Of a DNA stretch of 64,000 bases, positions 1 to 12,041 are shown in pieces. Location of the stretch: contig NC_043000.1 in NCBI RefSeq assembly GCF_006345805.1, positions 164,672,001 to 164,736,000 of the forward strand, given 5' to 3'. Position numbers and translations under genes: made by a program. Each line of letters opens with the position of its first letter. Position 1 is the stretch's first letter. Below the pieces are notes generated by a model, which saw nothing but the letters and a program-made list of their open reading frames with translations, did not search any database and was not told where the DNA came from. This stretch comes from Octopus sinensis. Taxonomy: Eukaryota.

Positions 1-208
1 GATTAGTGCAGCTATTACTCAACTGTAATATAAGGCCTTAGGTTATATATCTATCTTATCTATTTATCAGTTTTCAAATATATCAAACGGAAAACCTCTA
101 TTGGTTCTGCTTCAAAGAACTATTATATTCATCGTTTTAAAGCTTTTGCTACAAACTCAGTTTAAAGTCAAAATTTTGTCTGTTCTTTCCACCCTAAATT
201 TCCTACAG

Positions 209-280
209 GCCACTTTAAGTTCAAGCGACGTAGGACGAATTCATGTGGAGATGAGAATGAAACAATGTTTCAAAGGGAAG
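209..280 (+). CDS. PI4KB: Probable PI4KB internal exon (phase 1-1, 72 nt): (G)HFKFKRRRTNSCGDENETMFQRE(G)
   Basis: Strong acceptor tttcctacag|G and donor GAAG|gtaaga. The frame is open and the phase-1 end joins the phase-1 exon at 11884. It falls in the poorly conserved linker, so assignment rests on splice signals, phase and position. Confidence 0.65.
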
Positions 281-2814
281 GTAAGAGTGCCAGTCTCATA
301 TCCTGCTGACTTCTACTCAGCTTTCAAACGGGATCTAACTGCTTATTACTATGGTTCCTCTTTCTCTTCTCATATCACTTGCTAACCAAATTCTTACTGA
401 TCCACTAACTGAACATTCAATAATCTAATGTTCTTTTCTTTTTTCTAATATTTCTCTCTACTTATTTGTTACAGTTTTCTTTCTTTTTACTACATCCAGT
501 TATTCTTTTCTATTTTTTCGTTATAACTATTCTATATCTCGCTGCTGTCTCCTTTTTACACTTCATTCTCCACACTTCTTCTTATATCCTCACTTTTTCT
601 TTCCCCAGTTCCCACTTCTTTCTTTCCTTCATTCTCTCATTTCTCCAATTCCTTCCTCCCCCACATATTCAGTGCCCCGTATCCAATGTGACACCTTTTC
701 TTACAAACCCTATCCACAACAATTTTGAATATTGTTTGACTTCCCAAGTTATATTTATATAAATGAATGTTCTACCCTATATTACTACAGCCTGATGAGC
801 TAAAAGATGAAACTCAGAGCTGCCATTGTGTAATTTCAGCTTCAATTAAAGTGTGTGTGTGTGTGTGTGTGTATGTGTGTGTTTACATTTTACTTGTTCC
901 GGTCATTGAACTGTGGCCATGTTGGCACATCACCTTGAAGGGTTTTGTTGTAGAAGTACACTGCTTCTGTTGTTAACAATTATTTTTTAATTAACCCACT
1001 GGCTGTTCATGACACCAGTGCCTGATTAGGCCCTGTAGTTCTATGTATAGCAGAGACATTGCTGTTAACTCCAGTGGTTGAGTGGCTACCATTGACAAAG
1101 CCAAGGAGAGCCAGAATAACAGGATCTGGTTGTCTCGTCGGTGAAGATAGCAGGTGATTTATCTCCTTCTAGTGATGTAAACAAGTGCCTATGTCCACCA
1201 AAAACCCATTTGAGAGATTCTCTTATGGTAACTATCATAGTATTCTGTGTTTTAACACAACATCCATTTTGAAGTGGGATAAATATTACTTTTTGGTACA
1301 AATACTGCTTCTGTCTCCAATAATTATACACACATACAGACACACACACAGTTGGTCATTTGAGGTAAGCTAATCTAGCCATTTATCTTGGGAAGCACAT
1401 CTACAAACAGTAGCTGTCTGAAATTGTGTGTGGGATATCCCCCTATGTTCCATATAAGCTGAAGATCCACTAATTACAATTGAAGATAATAGACATGTTT
1501 ATAAACATGATGCAAGATTAGTCACAAATTAATTGTTGAAACAGTTGTCAACTACAAAATAAAAATATTGCAAACTCCAACCTTCGTTATTTATTATATA
1601 TGTGTCTGTGGAGACATTGTTGTGTGGTTGAGAAGTTCATTTCACAACCATAAGGTTTGGTGGTTCAGTCCCACTGTGTGACACCTTGGGAGGAGTGTCT
1701 TCTACAATAGTCCTTGACTGGCCAAAATCTCGTGAGTGGATTTGGTAGATGGAAATTGAAAGAAGTCTTTAATGTGTATATGTGTTTACATCTGCACTTC
1801 TCCAAAACTTGATGAGCTAGAAACAGTGATGTTGTTGCTATCCTTATCAACAAATCATCAGTTGGTTTTGTACTTCCAAGACTTATGGAATGAGATCCCT
1901 TACTTGAAAATAGGCAAGGTTTAGCAACAAGAAGGGCATCTGGTTGTAAAGCAATACCTTAGCATTATAATCATCTAAACCAATTATGGGCAATCTGTGG
2001 CTTGTTTGGTTATCTGAATGGCTCGCCTAACAAAAAAATTACTTTCAATTTTTTTTTAGTAGTTTGTTTTATGATGAGCCATGTCTCATGCGGTCTGCTT
2101 CTTGCAAAAGGTTGCTTATGCCTGATATAAGCCATGCTAGCATGGAAAATCAAATGTAAAATCAAACAAACAAATGAATAAATAATGACTGTGCATGCGC
2201 ACAGACACACATATATATGCATACAGTTGTAAAAACTATGGCCAACAGACCTTGCCAGAGCTGGTGCTACATAAAAAGCAGTCTGTAATGCAGTTGACAT
2301 TAGGAAGGGCATCCAGCTGTAAGAACCCTGCCAAAACAGATAGTGGGGCTTGGTGCAGTCCTCTGGCTTGCCAACTCCTGTTGAACCCATCAAACCCATT
2401 CCAGCATGGAATGGGTTCGATGTTAAATGATGATAAGGATGACATATATGAAACATATTTAGTATTACTACAAATGAAATACTGTGTGATGAGTACTTTC
2501 TTGAGTAGCAGACTTCCTTTCATAACTATTGAATATCCTGCCAATACACACGCGTTCCAGAGTAAAAATGTGAGAAAGGCTACACAGTCTATGCATAATT
2601 AGATTTTATTTATCCTTTTAGAGTTCTTTGATGATTCATTCTGTTGCCATTTAGTTCCTCTTTGTGTTTGATCCTTCAAACCAAAAAATTTGTCACCTAA
2701 ATTGCCACACATAGTCTGTGTAATGATGGAGTGAATTGGCCATTTTGAAACCATGTTCATACGCGCGTGCGCACGCACACACGCACACACACAAGTGTAT
2801 ATGTATGTAGTTTA

Positions 2815-3191
2815 TATGGCTGTGTGACTAAGAAGCTCTCTTTTCAATCACATGGTTTCTGGTTCAGTCCAGCTGCATGACACCTCGGGCAAGTATCTTC
2901 TCTCAGAGCCACAAATCAACCAATGTCTTGTGTGTGAATTTGGCAGATGGAAATTCTGGAAGCTCATTGTGTGTATATATGTCACCCCTCCCCACCAATT
3001 GACAACCAGTCTTTGTTTACATCCCCAAACTTATGCATTCAGCAAAAGTGACTGATAATAGATTAAGTACCAGACTTTTAAAGAGAAAAGATACAAAAAA
3101 CCTAAGTACAGGGTTGATTTGTTTGACTACAAAACTCTTCAAAGTGGTGCCCCAGCATGGCCACCATTCAATGACTGAAACAAATAAAAGA
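2815..3191 (+). mobile_element. tRNA-derived SINE, family B with tgactgaaacaa(g)taaaaga tail
   Basis: Head gtgtgactaagaagct...ggttcagtcc...ggcaagtatcttct, central (GT)n-like tract, and a tail shared with 7229-7588 and 58410-58790. Confidence 0.8.
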
Positions 3192-4860
3192 TATCCCTAG
3201 CTATTAGTCTGGTGATTTGGATTTGATTCCTAGTGTGTAGTACATTATAATTATGAAGTACTAATGGCTGTATAGTTGAGATGTTAAACTTTTGTTTCCA
3301 TAATCAGGTCATATGTTACTTCAGTCATATGTTTTGGCTCCACGGAGTAAGGTACCTAACTCTGCTTGCTCTAGTTTGTGCCAATACGCACACATACATA
3401 AACATCCATTGACAACACTATTGGCTGAACCACCATCCATTTTAATACCACTTCCATTTACTTGGTCCTTGGGTGCTTTTAGCAAAGTTCTCTTTATTGT
3501 AAGCATTCACACCAGACCTCCTGCGGTCCTTTCCTTGCTCGTAGTTTCTCTCGTAGACATTGGCCTACAAAATGTTCAGTGGTGCTTGCAAATGTCATTG
3601 ACACTACCCTCGTTGCTCTGACCAACTCATAAAAAAAAGCCTCAAAACCTACCAATCAATTCCTTACTGCATGGCTGAATGCTTCACAGCAATAGCTATA
3701 GGCGTCCAAACAAATCAACTGTCCCACCCATAACATTAGGAAAAAATCAATGTGGAGCACTAAATATATGAGAAGTAGTTTTGCTTTTTTTTTCAATTAT
3801 TTTTGTCCTATATTTTTTCTCTCTTCTTTATTTAACAACTTGTCTAATAAACAATTAAGTAATCTCATTTTTTCATTATCATTTTGTTACAGTTTTTTTC
3901 TTTTTGTTTCTCTTTCATTTTCTCACTTTTTCAACCTCAAATCCTTTTTGTTTCTGTTTTATTCCACTTTTCAGTGCACACATGTATAATCTCTTTCACA
4001 CTTCTTTTTGTTACATGCTCTCAGTTTTCTCTTTTTCTCAACATCTCCCCCTCTCTCCCTTCTCTCTCTCTCCCCCTGTCTCTCTCCTTGCTGACATTTG
4101 GTATCATTAAATTCCTTAAATCAAAAACTACCAACAGCAACACAAGCTTGTGTGATACACTTATTGACATTATGTTTGTGTTGTTGATGCAGCCGACAAT
4201 AACACAATACTCTGTTTCAGTTGTTGGCTGTAAAGTTTCGTTTTTGTGAGTTTTACTCCATGTAGCCATGAGTTGAGAAAATCAGGAGAAGCAGAAGTAG
4301 GAACATGTCCAATCCTCTTCACTGATTTGCTCATGGCTGTATGTGTGGGTGGCCACTGCTGTTATTATTATTGTTGCCATCATGGTCATCATTGTTGTCC
4401 TAATTAGGAGCATCCTAATTATTGTCACTGCTGCCACCGTTGTCAATGCCACTGTTGTTGCTTAATCCTAGATGAGTGCTGACTGAATAAATCTATGATC
4501 AAGGCAATCCAGAATTGACCATCCTATCTGTATTTCAGGTGGTGTATTTAGGACTGTGATATCCAATGTGACCTTTTTTTTTCCTTCTCTTTTTTGTTTT
4601 TTTAAGTTGCTACAGAATGATTTGAGGGAGGCTTGGTTTTTATTTATTGCATGTTGCTACAATTATTGTCATCATTATTGTGATTGTCATCACTGACTCT
4701 TTTCTTTTTTTTACATTACTGGAGCCTGGTGCAGCCTCCTGGCTTCCTAGATCCCGGTCGAACCGTCCAACCCATGCTAGCATGGAAAACGGACGTTAAA
4801 CGACGATGATGATGATGATTTCCATTTGACGGATATTTGTCCCCATCTTGTTTTGTTGTT

Positions 4861-4903
4861 AACACATTTCGGCTGATATACCTTCCAGCCTTCATCAGGT
4901 GTC
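4861..4903 (-). ncRNA. Minimal hammerhead motif, inverted copy (helix III damaged)
   Basis: Minus strand reads GACAC-CTGATGA-a-GGCTG(gaaggtatat)CAGCC-GAAA-T-GTGTT. Helix II is a perfect 5 bp, but 3 nt are missing after GAAA. Confidence 0.55.
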
Positions 4904-5108
4904 TTGGGGAAATTTTGAACCTGGGTTTTCATTCCTATGGTATTTTTCGATGTTGTTGTTGTTGCTGCTGCTACTGCTGTTGTTGTTGTTGTCACTGCCT
5001 GGAATCGAACTCAGAATCTTGGGGTTAGTAGCCCACGCTCTTAACCATTACACCATATGCTTGTGAGTATACCTTAGGAATGAGAACCCAGGTTCGAAAT
5101 TTCCCCAA

Positions 5109-5154
5109 GGCACCTGATGAAAGCTGGAGGGTATAACAGCCGAAACGTTGTGTT
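5109..5154 (+). ncRNA. Minimal type I hammerhead ribozyme motif (one lesion in helix II)
   Basis: GGCAC-CTGATGA-a-AGCTG(gagggtataa)CAGCC-GAAA-CG-TT-GTGTT. Helix I GGCAC/GTGTT, palindromic AACGTT at helix III, A.C mismatch at the helix II closing pair. Confidence 0.6.
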
Positions 5155-7228
5155 AACAACAAAACAAGATGAGGACAAATATCTGTCAAATGTAAATAAT
5201 ATAAATAATGTACATAATTCCTCATCTCTTAAATATAGAACTGTATTATCACTGCCTCTGTTATCATCATGTTGTTAGTTCATTGACATCATCATCATCA
5301 CTTGCTCAGTTATCATTGGTTTAAAATCCATATTTCCCTATATACATAAATGGGTTGACTGAGCTTACTACATTGTAGAATACTTCATGTTTCTCAATTT
5401 TGAGTTGAAATGCTATTATTGCAAGTCTTACCTACCTACTTTTCCAATTGACTTCTCCCTCATTTTTTGCTATTATCTGTCTGTCTGTCTATCACTACCA
5501 ATTCTGATGTTATTCTTTATCCAGCATACCTCCACCATTTATATTACATGTCTTGAAACCAGTGTAGTTGTCCCTCTTGCTTGCTGAGTTACTTCAGTCT
5601 CAACACCTTCACTATTTTGTTTATACGTACTTTGCTATCAGTTTGTCTTCATGCATAGAAACAAATGTGAAATATTTCTTATTGACTAAGTTAGCACCAA
5701 GTTAACAAAAAACATTACTAAATCTATACCAAATATTTATTAATCATAGCACCTGTAGTATTTTACTGAACAGCTGTTGTTGCTCATTGCTTGACTAGAT
5801 GATGTCCATTAGAAACTCTATCATACTCTTGATATCACATTGTCCAGTCCTGATTTCAAGCTGTTTGATCTCCTCTTTTTCATGCTTGTGCTAAAACACA
5901 TTTCAAACAGCTTGGTCCTCAACTGTCATCAGGTGTCACATATTTGTACTTGTCTCCAATCGGAGAGTGAGTACACTTCTAAAGCAGGTTGAGTTGTTGT
6001 TGCAGGTATGACTGTGTGGTCAAGAAGCTTGCTTTTCAACCATATGGTCTCAAGTTCAGTCCCATTGCATGGCACTTTGGGGAAGTGTCTTCTACTATAG
6101 CCTTGATCCAACTAAAGCCTTGTGAGTGGATTTGGTAGGTGAACATTGAAAGAAGTCTTGTGTGTGTCTTGAGCATCGCCGTCATACAACAATGTTGTTC
6201 AGTTCCAGTTTTCTGTGAAAATTGTGTCTGGACATGGGAAATATTACTTTACTTTACTTTACTTGGAAATAGGTGAGGGTAGGTGACAGGAAGGGCATCC
6301 AGCCATTGAAAAAAAAATCAGCCTCAACAGATTCCGTCTGATCCCTGCAAACATGGAAAACTCGAAATTAATTGATGAGTTTCGCTGTTCGTAACCAATG
6401 TGCTCCTTCACTTGTCATTCTTTACAATCTCTCAACCTCGCTAGACATTTTACCAAGTCTACTCTCTCCCAGAAGCACAACATTTTGGAACCCTCTCTGT
6501 CCAAATAGTTTTCTTGCAGGCAATATTCTTACCAGCCTGGGAAGGTACATGAAAGTCATGGGTACTGACCCTGCTCTAACTAAATGATATATACACATTT
6601 ACATATAGATGCCAACATATATACTTACATGTGTGTCCAGACGTATATATACATTCATGTACCTACACACATACAGACATGCATACACATATACACACAA
6701 TTGTATGGCTGATTCTAATTCTGATCAATGAGTGTATATGAAAGCCTGTCTGTAACGTCACTTTCAATACCCAGCTAACAATAATTTGTATGTCCCGGCC
6801 TATATCAACACCTAGCTGTTTTTAATAATCAATACAAGCAGTGTATATACCTTGGAGCTCATTTTTGCATTGAATTCATAGGTGAGAACATTTTATAGTT
6901 GAACGTGTAAACGTGTGTGTGCACTGCCACCAGTACAATTCTAAATCAGTAGTGATAGTACTTTGTGTTGTTCTTACCAGTGGTGGTAGTGTCAGTGGTT
7001 GTATCACTGATGGTAATAATATTGCCAGTATTAATAGTAACTTGTGGTATTTGTTGCAGTAGTTGTGGTATAGGAGGAAAGTAATAGTATTAACAGTGAT
7101 TTAGGAATGGTGCACCGTAGCACACTGATGCACCACAACGGGTATCTGGGGGTGCTTGCAGATTTAAAAAAATATAATTTAAGGCTATCAAAGATTCATT
7201 CAAATACTTAAACACCTTGGAAAACGTG

Positions 7229-7588
7229 TCTTTTATCGTTTACTCGTTTCAGTCGTTAGATTGCGGCCATGCTGGGGCACAGTGAAACAAATTGACCCCA
7301 GTACTTTTTTATTTTTTTAAAACTTGGTACTTAATGAACTGGTCTCTTTTTTGTTGAACCACTTGTTCTCAGAGACATAAACAAACCAACATCAGTTGTC
7401 AAGTGGTGATGGGGGACAAACACACATACATGCAATGGGCTTCTTTCAGTTTCTGTTTACCAAATCCATTCACAAAGCTTTGATCAACTTAGGAGCTGTA
7501 ATAGAAGACACTTGCCCAAGGTGTTACATAGTAGGACTGAACCTGGAACCTAGTGGTCAAGAAGCAAGCTTACCACACAGCCATGCCT
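7229..7588 (-). mobile_element. tRNA-derived SINE, family B
   Basis: Reverse-complement copy of the 2815-3191 structure. Confidence 0.8.
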
Positions 7589-8001
7589 ATAATTTTGTTT
7601 TACAAAAATATGTTTAATAAAGCAAGATTGACAATTTTTTAAAATATTTTTTTTTTTTTTTTTTCAAATTTAAAGTACACTGACATTTTAAAACTTTCTT
7701 TGCAAAGTACAGCTGTAGGTTTTTTTTTATTTGATATCGAATGTACCATGAAGTCAGAAACATTGAGAACTACTGATCTATAGATTACTATACAACACTG
7801 CCACCATCATCATCACCAAACTGTAACTTGAATATATCAGATTATCAGATTAGGATTATCTCGTCTTCTTTGTAGTACTTATATCTGCAACTTAGTTTTC
7901 AAGTAATAGTTTGGTGCAGTAATAACATGTCAGAACTACTTAGTTGCTAGTGACATAGTTCAAGTCAGCATTGGGATTTTTTATTATTATTTGTTATTAT
8001 T

Positions 8002-8215
8002 AAGGCGGAGAGCTGGCAGAGTGGTTAGCACACTGGTTAAAATGCTTGGTAGTATTTCGCCCGGATCTACATTCTGAGTTTGAATTCTGCCAAGATCAAT
8101 TTTGCCTTTTATCCTTTCAGGGTCAATAAAATAAGTACCAGTTGAACACTGGGGTCGATGTAATCGACTCATCCCCTCCCCACAAAATTCCTGCCCTTCT
8201 TGCAAAATTTAAAAC
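8002..8215 (+). mobile_element. tRNA-derived SINE, family A (core ggggtcgataaaataagtaccag)
   Basis: A/B-box-like head (agctggcagagtggttagc...gagtttgaattctgcc) and the same body in multiple copies in the window. Confidence 0.85.
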
Positions 8216-8498
8216 CATTATTATTATCAGTAGTCCTATTTTTATCATGTGCTTTCATTGCACTACCAAGTACAGCTCTGTGTGCCTTGGGTATGTGTTG
8301 TATTTTTTTGTGATGCTCTTATTTTCACTGTATTGAAAATGTTTTACATAGGATGTGTGCAGTGCCTAGTAGTGCTATTTTCGTTAGTCCTGGTGTTTTT
8401 GTTATGTATTTATCATACCTACTATGATAGGCATTGTTTCTGTTTTTAGACTCCACCTTTGAGTTACCTCTATTTATTATTTATTTTTTATTATTATT

Positions 8499-8712
8499 AA
8501 GGTGGTGAGCTGGCAGAATCGTTAGCATACTGGGCTTAATACTTAGCAGCATTTCGTCCATTTTTACAATCTGAATTTAAATTCCACTGAGGTTGACTTT
8601 GCTTTTCATCCTTTCAGGGTTGATAAAATAAGTACCAGTTGCGTACTGGGAATGATGTAAGTGATGTAGCCCCTCCCCCAGAATTGCTGGTCTTGAGCTA
8701 AAATTCGAAATT
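8499..8712 (+). mobile_element. tRNA-derived SINE, family A
   Basis: Collinear with 8002-8215. Confidence 0.82.
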
Positions 8713-11700
8713 ATTATACTAATTATTATTACTAATATTATCAGACTTTCCTAAATTGGTGATCCTTTACATAGAATGAAGACATAAACTTTGTAAGCTG
8801 CACCACGGGCTGTCTCTTTAGGAGAGCAATAATACTGAACAAAAGCTGATGTAATGTAGAGGGTATCATTTAATTCTCCTCACACGGGACAACCTTTGTG
8901 GTGGTGACAAAACAATATATACTCATACTACATTAAGACATGCAATATTAAAGTTAACCAGTTTCCTCTATTGCTCTGCATGTGTGTGCGCAATATGACA
9001 TGAACCATGATAATGCTATCCAACCTATATAAGCATTGGAAGCAATAGTGTACAAAAGAAATGTAAGGAGAACAGCAAATAAAGCAATTGCATACCTTGA
9101 CTACCAAGGGCAACAGCCCTGTATCTTCCAGCTGTGTTCCCTAGTTAATAGGTACCTGCTGAGAGTAGGCCCATTCCTATGAGCCATTCTTGTGACTTAG
9201 GCCACTTTTCAGCAAATTCACTAGAGAGCAGCACTTCCATCTCCACACTCACCTTTCTCTCAAACTGGAACTTTTGAGGAAGCTGATGAGAGTTTAGCTG
9301 AAAAGGAAAGTGTCTGTATCAGTCTTTACAATCTTGTCCACTGTATAACCTCTTTTTCCATACCTACCAGACAAAAAAGGAAACCTTCTTGCCATTCCTG
9401 GTCCTGCAAAAAATGGGATTGAGGCTATCATCACAATTGAGCATCAAAGAAAATTCCTTGAAGGTACTGACTTGGCAGAATCGGTGGAGTATCAGACAAA
9501 ACGCCTTGTGGCATTTAGTTGCATTCATTTGTGTACTGAGTTCCAATCCCACTGAAGTTGACTTTTCTTCTCATCCTTCCATATTTGATAGAGTAGTTAC
9601 CATTCAAATATTGTTATGGTTTAAAATAATCAACTGATTCTTCCCCTAAAATGTGTGGTTTTGTGATTCAGTTGCAACCACCTACTTGAGCATGTGGTGA
9701 AGATAGTATTTAGAGATTATGGTTAGGGTTAATGTTGTGGATAAAGTGTAAGGTTAGGGTTAGTTATTGCAGAGTTTGTGAAAGATCCTATATATAAAAG
9801 AAGCGGAATGAGTAAAAGACCCTTTCAAATATTAAGCTTCATCTCTCTTCACTATAGTATTTAACATTTAAACTGGTTATATCTGGCTCATATATTCTTC
9901 TTGTTTTATGTTCAAACCAGTCATATCCACCCTCTCACACCTACCCTACCATGTCATCATCAAAGTCTCAAAGCTACATGATAATGTGTGTCTAATTCAA
10001 AACAATGGGGCCAAATAAGTATTGCATTTAACAGAATAGTTGGAATACTAAGGGGTTAAATACATAGCATTGTTCTTCAGTGCTTTATAATGTTTTTATT
10101 TTCAAAAATACTGCAGCTCAAAATTAGGAGAAAAAAACAACAAAAAAACCAAATTTTTTTCATCCTGTCAAGTCTCTAATTAACTTCCAGTCCCTAATTA
10201 ACTTCCAGTTTTACTTTACAACTCCTAAGAAGTTTATTTTCATTTTATCAATGTTTCCAGCCAGTATTCTAATTCAAGGAATCCTACAAATTACTCCTTG
10301 ATACTCTGGATAAAATTTAATCATCAAAATGAGTCACTGAGGGATCTGCAATGTTATTGCTCAATCTGTAAGAAATAGCAACCAAATTTTCCTCAAAATT
10401 ACTGTCTGAAATAGGGAAAGAGTACTTTAAATAATGAAGTCCTACTTGCACTTAATGAGGCAATATGGGCACATTTGGAGCCCTTTTAAGTACAGGTCTG
10501 CTGGATCAGGATTATCCTGGAGCCAAACACAGCCACCTTATAATCTTGCCACTAGTTGTGTACTAGTTGTGAATTAAAAGCCTATCTCTTCAAGACTGTA
10601 CATACTTTTTACCTTATTGAATGCATGTACTGTCTGTATATACTTTTTTCCTTGTCTAATGAGATTCATATATTTTTTAGAGGATAAAAAGAATAGCATC
10701 TATATTTTCATGTATCTCCATAAAAATGGTTTCATTTCTTTCAATGTAGAATCTTCTAAAGGGTCCATTTCCTTAACAGATATTTCATCAGTAGGTTTCA
10801 CTTCCAAAGTGTTAACATTGTAATCCAACATAATGTCCAGCATTTATATAATGCTTCTGTTGTTATTTAGCTTCAGATCAGTCCTGACCAAAAAGGCATA
10901 TGTCCAGCTGTGGCCCCCATCTTCTTTTATATTGTCATTACTGTTTTTCAGAATAATGTATCATGAATTACATTAGCCACTGTGTCGTCCTGTTTTTAAG
11001 AAAGATAGGATTTCTGGGTGATTTGATTGTTATTTTTAGTAAATTGGATGCCCACATTGAGATTCACTTAGTGGCTTTGTCACCTAAAATAGTGAACTGT
11101 AACTGCACATGGTACCTATTTGAGACTAGGAGGATTTATCTAGTGAAAGTTATTTCTTCTAGAAATGCTGATGCAGCACTAATGAAAGGGTGTAGACCAT
11201 TGAGCATTATTTATAAAACCAACTCTATACTCTATACTCGTATTCAAAGATTTACAGGCTCTCTCAAACCACTTATAACTTTGTTTTATAAGAGATATCT
11301 TTTTGTTTCAGCAACACTTACCCATGTGATATTTAAAGAAAGTTGTACCTTTCTCTTTTCTCTGCCATTGCCAACTATGTTTGATGCATTTTTGTATAGA
11401 AGCAGAATGCAGAGATGCAGGGGAAAACTGGGAGATGAAGATGGAGCACCTAGTGATGAATCAAAGCTGGTAGGAGTAGTTTTGTTGTTAAGACCCAAAT
11501 CGGTCTTGATCAACCAGACCTGTGACCAAAGAAATTCTAGTTATGACTATTGTCTTTTTGTGCAGTCTTAACTTCATTATTTTTTTTTTTTAGGTAGCAG
11601 GGTATGATTTTTAAGAGGGAATTTCTTACAGGTTGAGTAAATATGTAGATATTTTCTTAAATTGGTTTTTATATTTCAAAGTAATGGAACAGAAAATTTG

Positions 11701-11883
11701 CATTGTTTTGGTTTAAATATTTCCATGAATGCTTCAGCCCACCCCCACTCAACCTCTCTTCTGTTTTTCTTCATCTTTTCAGATTGTGGCTGTAACAGCC
11801 ATATTTGTCATTGACCTGTTGGTGTTGTTATATAGAAATTGATGTTTTCTAAATATATCTCCTCCCTCACTCTCTACTTGCAG

Positions 11884-12041
11884 GCAGCAGCATCCGCCAT
11901 TCTATGACATTGCCAAACATGCCTCTCCTTGCTGGTGACCTGACCTCTGGACGAGCTTTCGAAAGTGGCTGCACTTGTCACAAGAGTTCAGAGGCATTAT
12001 TCAATGATTTGACTGGTCGAAAGACTGTCTGTCATTGTGAG
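11884..12041 (+). CDS. PI4KB: PI4KB exon: SSIRHSMTLPNMPLLAGDLTSGRAFESGCTCHKSSEALFNDLTGRKTVCHCE
   Basis: Acceptor ctctacttgcag, donor GAG|gtatgt. 158 nt, phase 1 to 0, joining in frame to the PRLMPQQEF exon. GDLTSGRAF..GC.C resembles the invertebrate PI4KB linker as I recall it. Confidence 0.85.

Larger units (their letters stand above)
4823..5192. mobile_element. Palindromic mini-element: about 121/124-bp inverted arms, each with a Penelope-type minimal hammerhead motif, enclosing a tRNA-derived head and a (CAA/CAG)n tract
   Basis: Arms 4823-4943 and 5069-5192 are reverse complements (9 mismatches plus one 3-nt indel by my alignment). A box TGGTGTAATGG (5045-5055, -) and B box GAGTTCGATTCC (5001-5012, -). 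Confidence 0.75.

Noticed and set aside
788-824. CAGC-CTGATGA-gctaaaagat-GAAA-ctcaga-GCTG as a hammerhead, or PDELK as a PI4KB exon
   Set aside because: Helix I pairs, but helix II does not and there is no U16.1/NUH. As an exon it has no good donor and no phase fit. It may be a very old relic but is not supportable.
4991-5060. tRNA gene (anticodon ACT-like)
   Set aside because: Acceptor and anticodon stems do not pair properly. It is a tRNA-derived promoter head, as are the other SINE heads.
11286-11513. Antisense exon (acceptor tttggtcacag, donor tgg|gtaagt)
   Set aside because: The acceptor lies in a family D repeat, no partner exons are evident, and the peptide is unrecognisable.
11881-11890. 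Tandem CAG acceptors as regulated NAGNAG splicing
   Set aside because: The alternative AGs shift the exon by 4 or 7 nt, which is out of frame.
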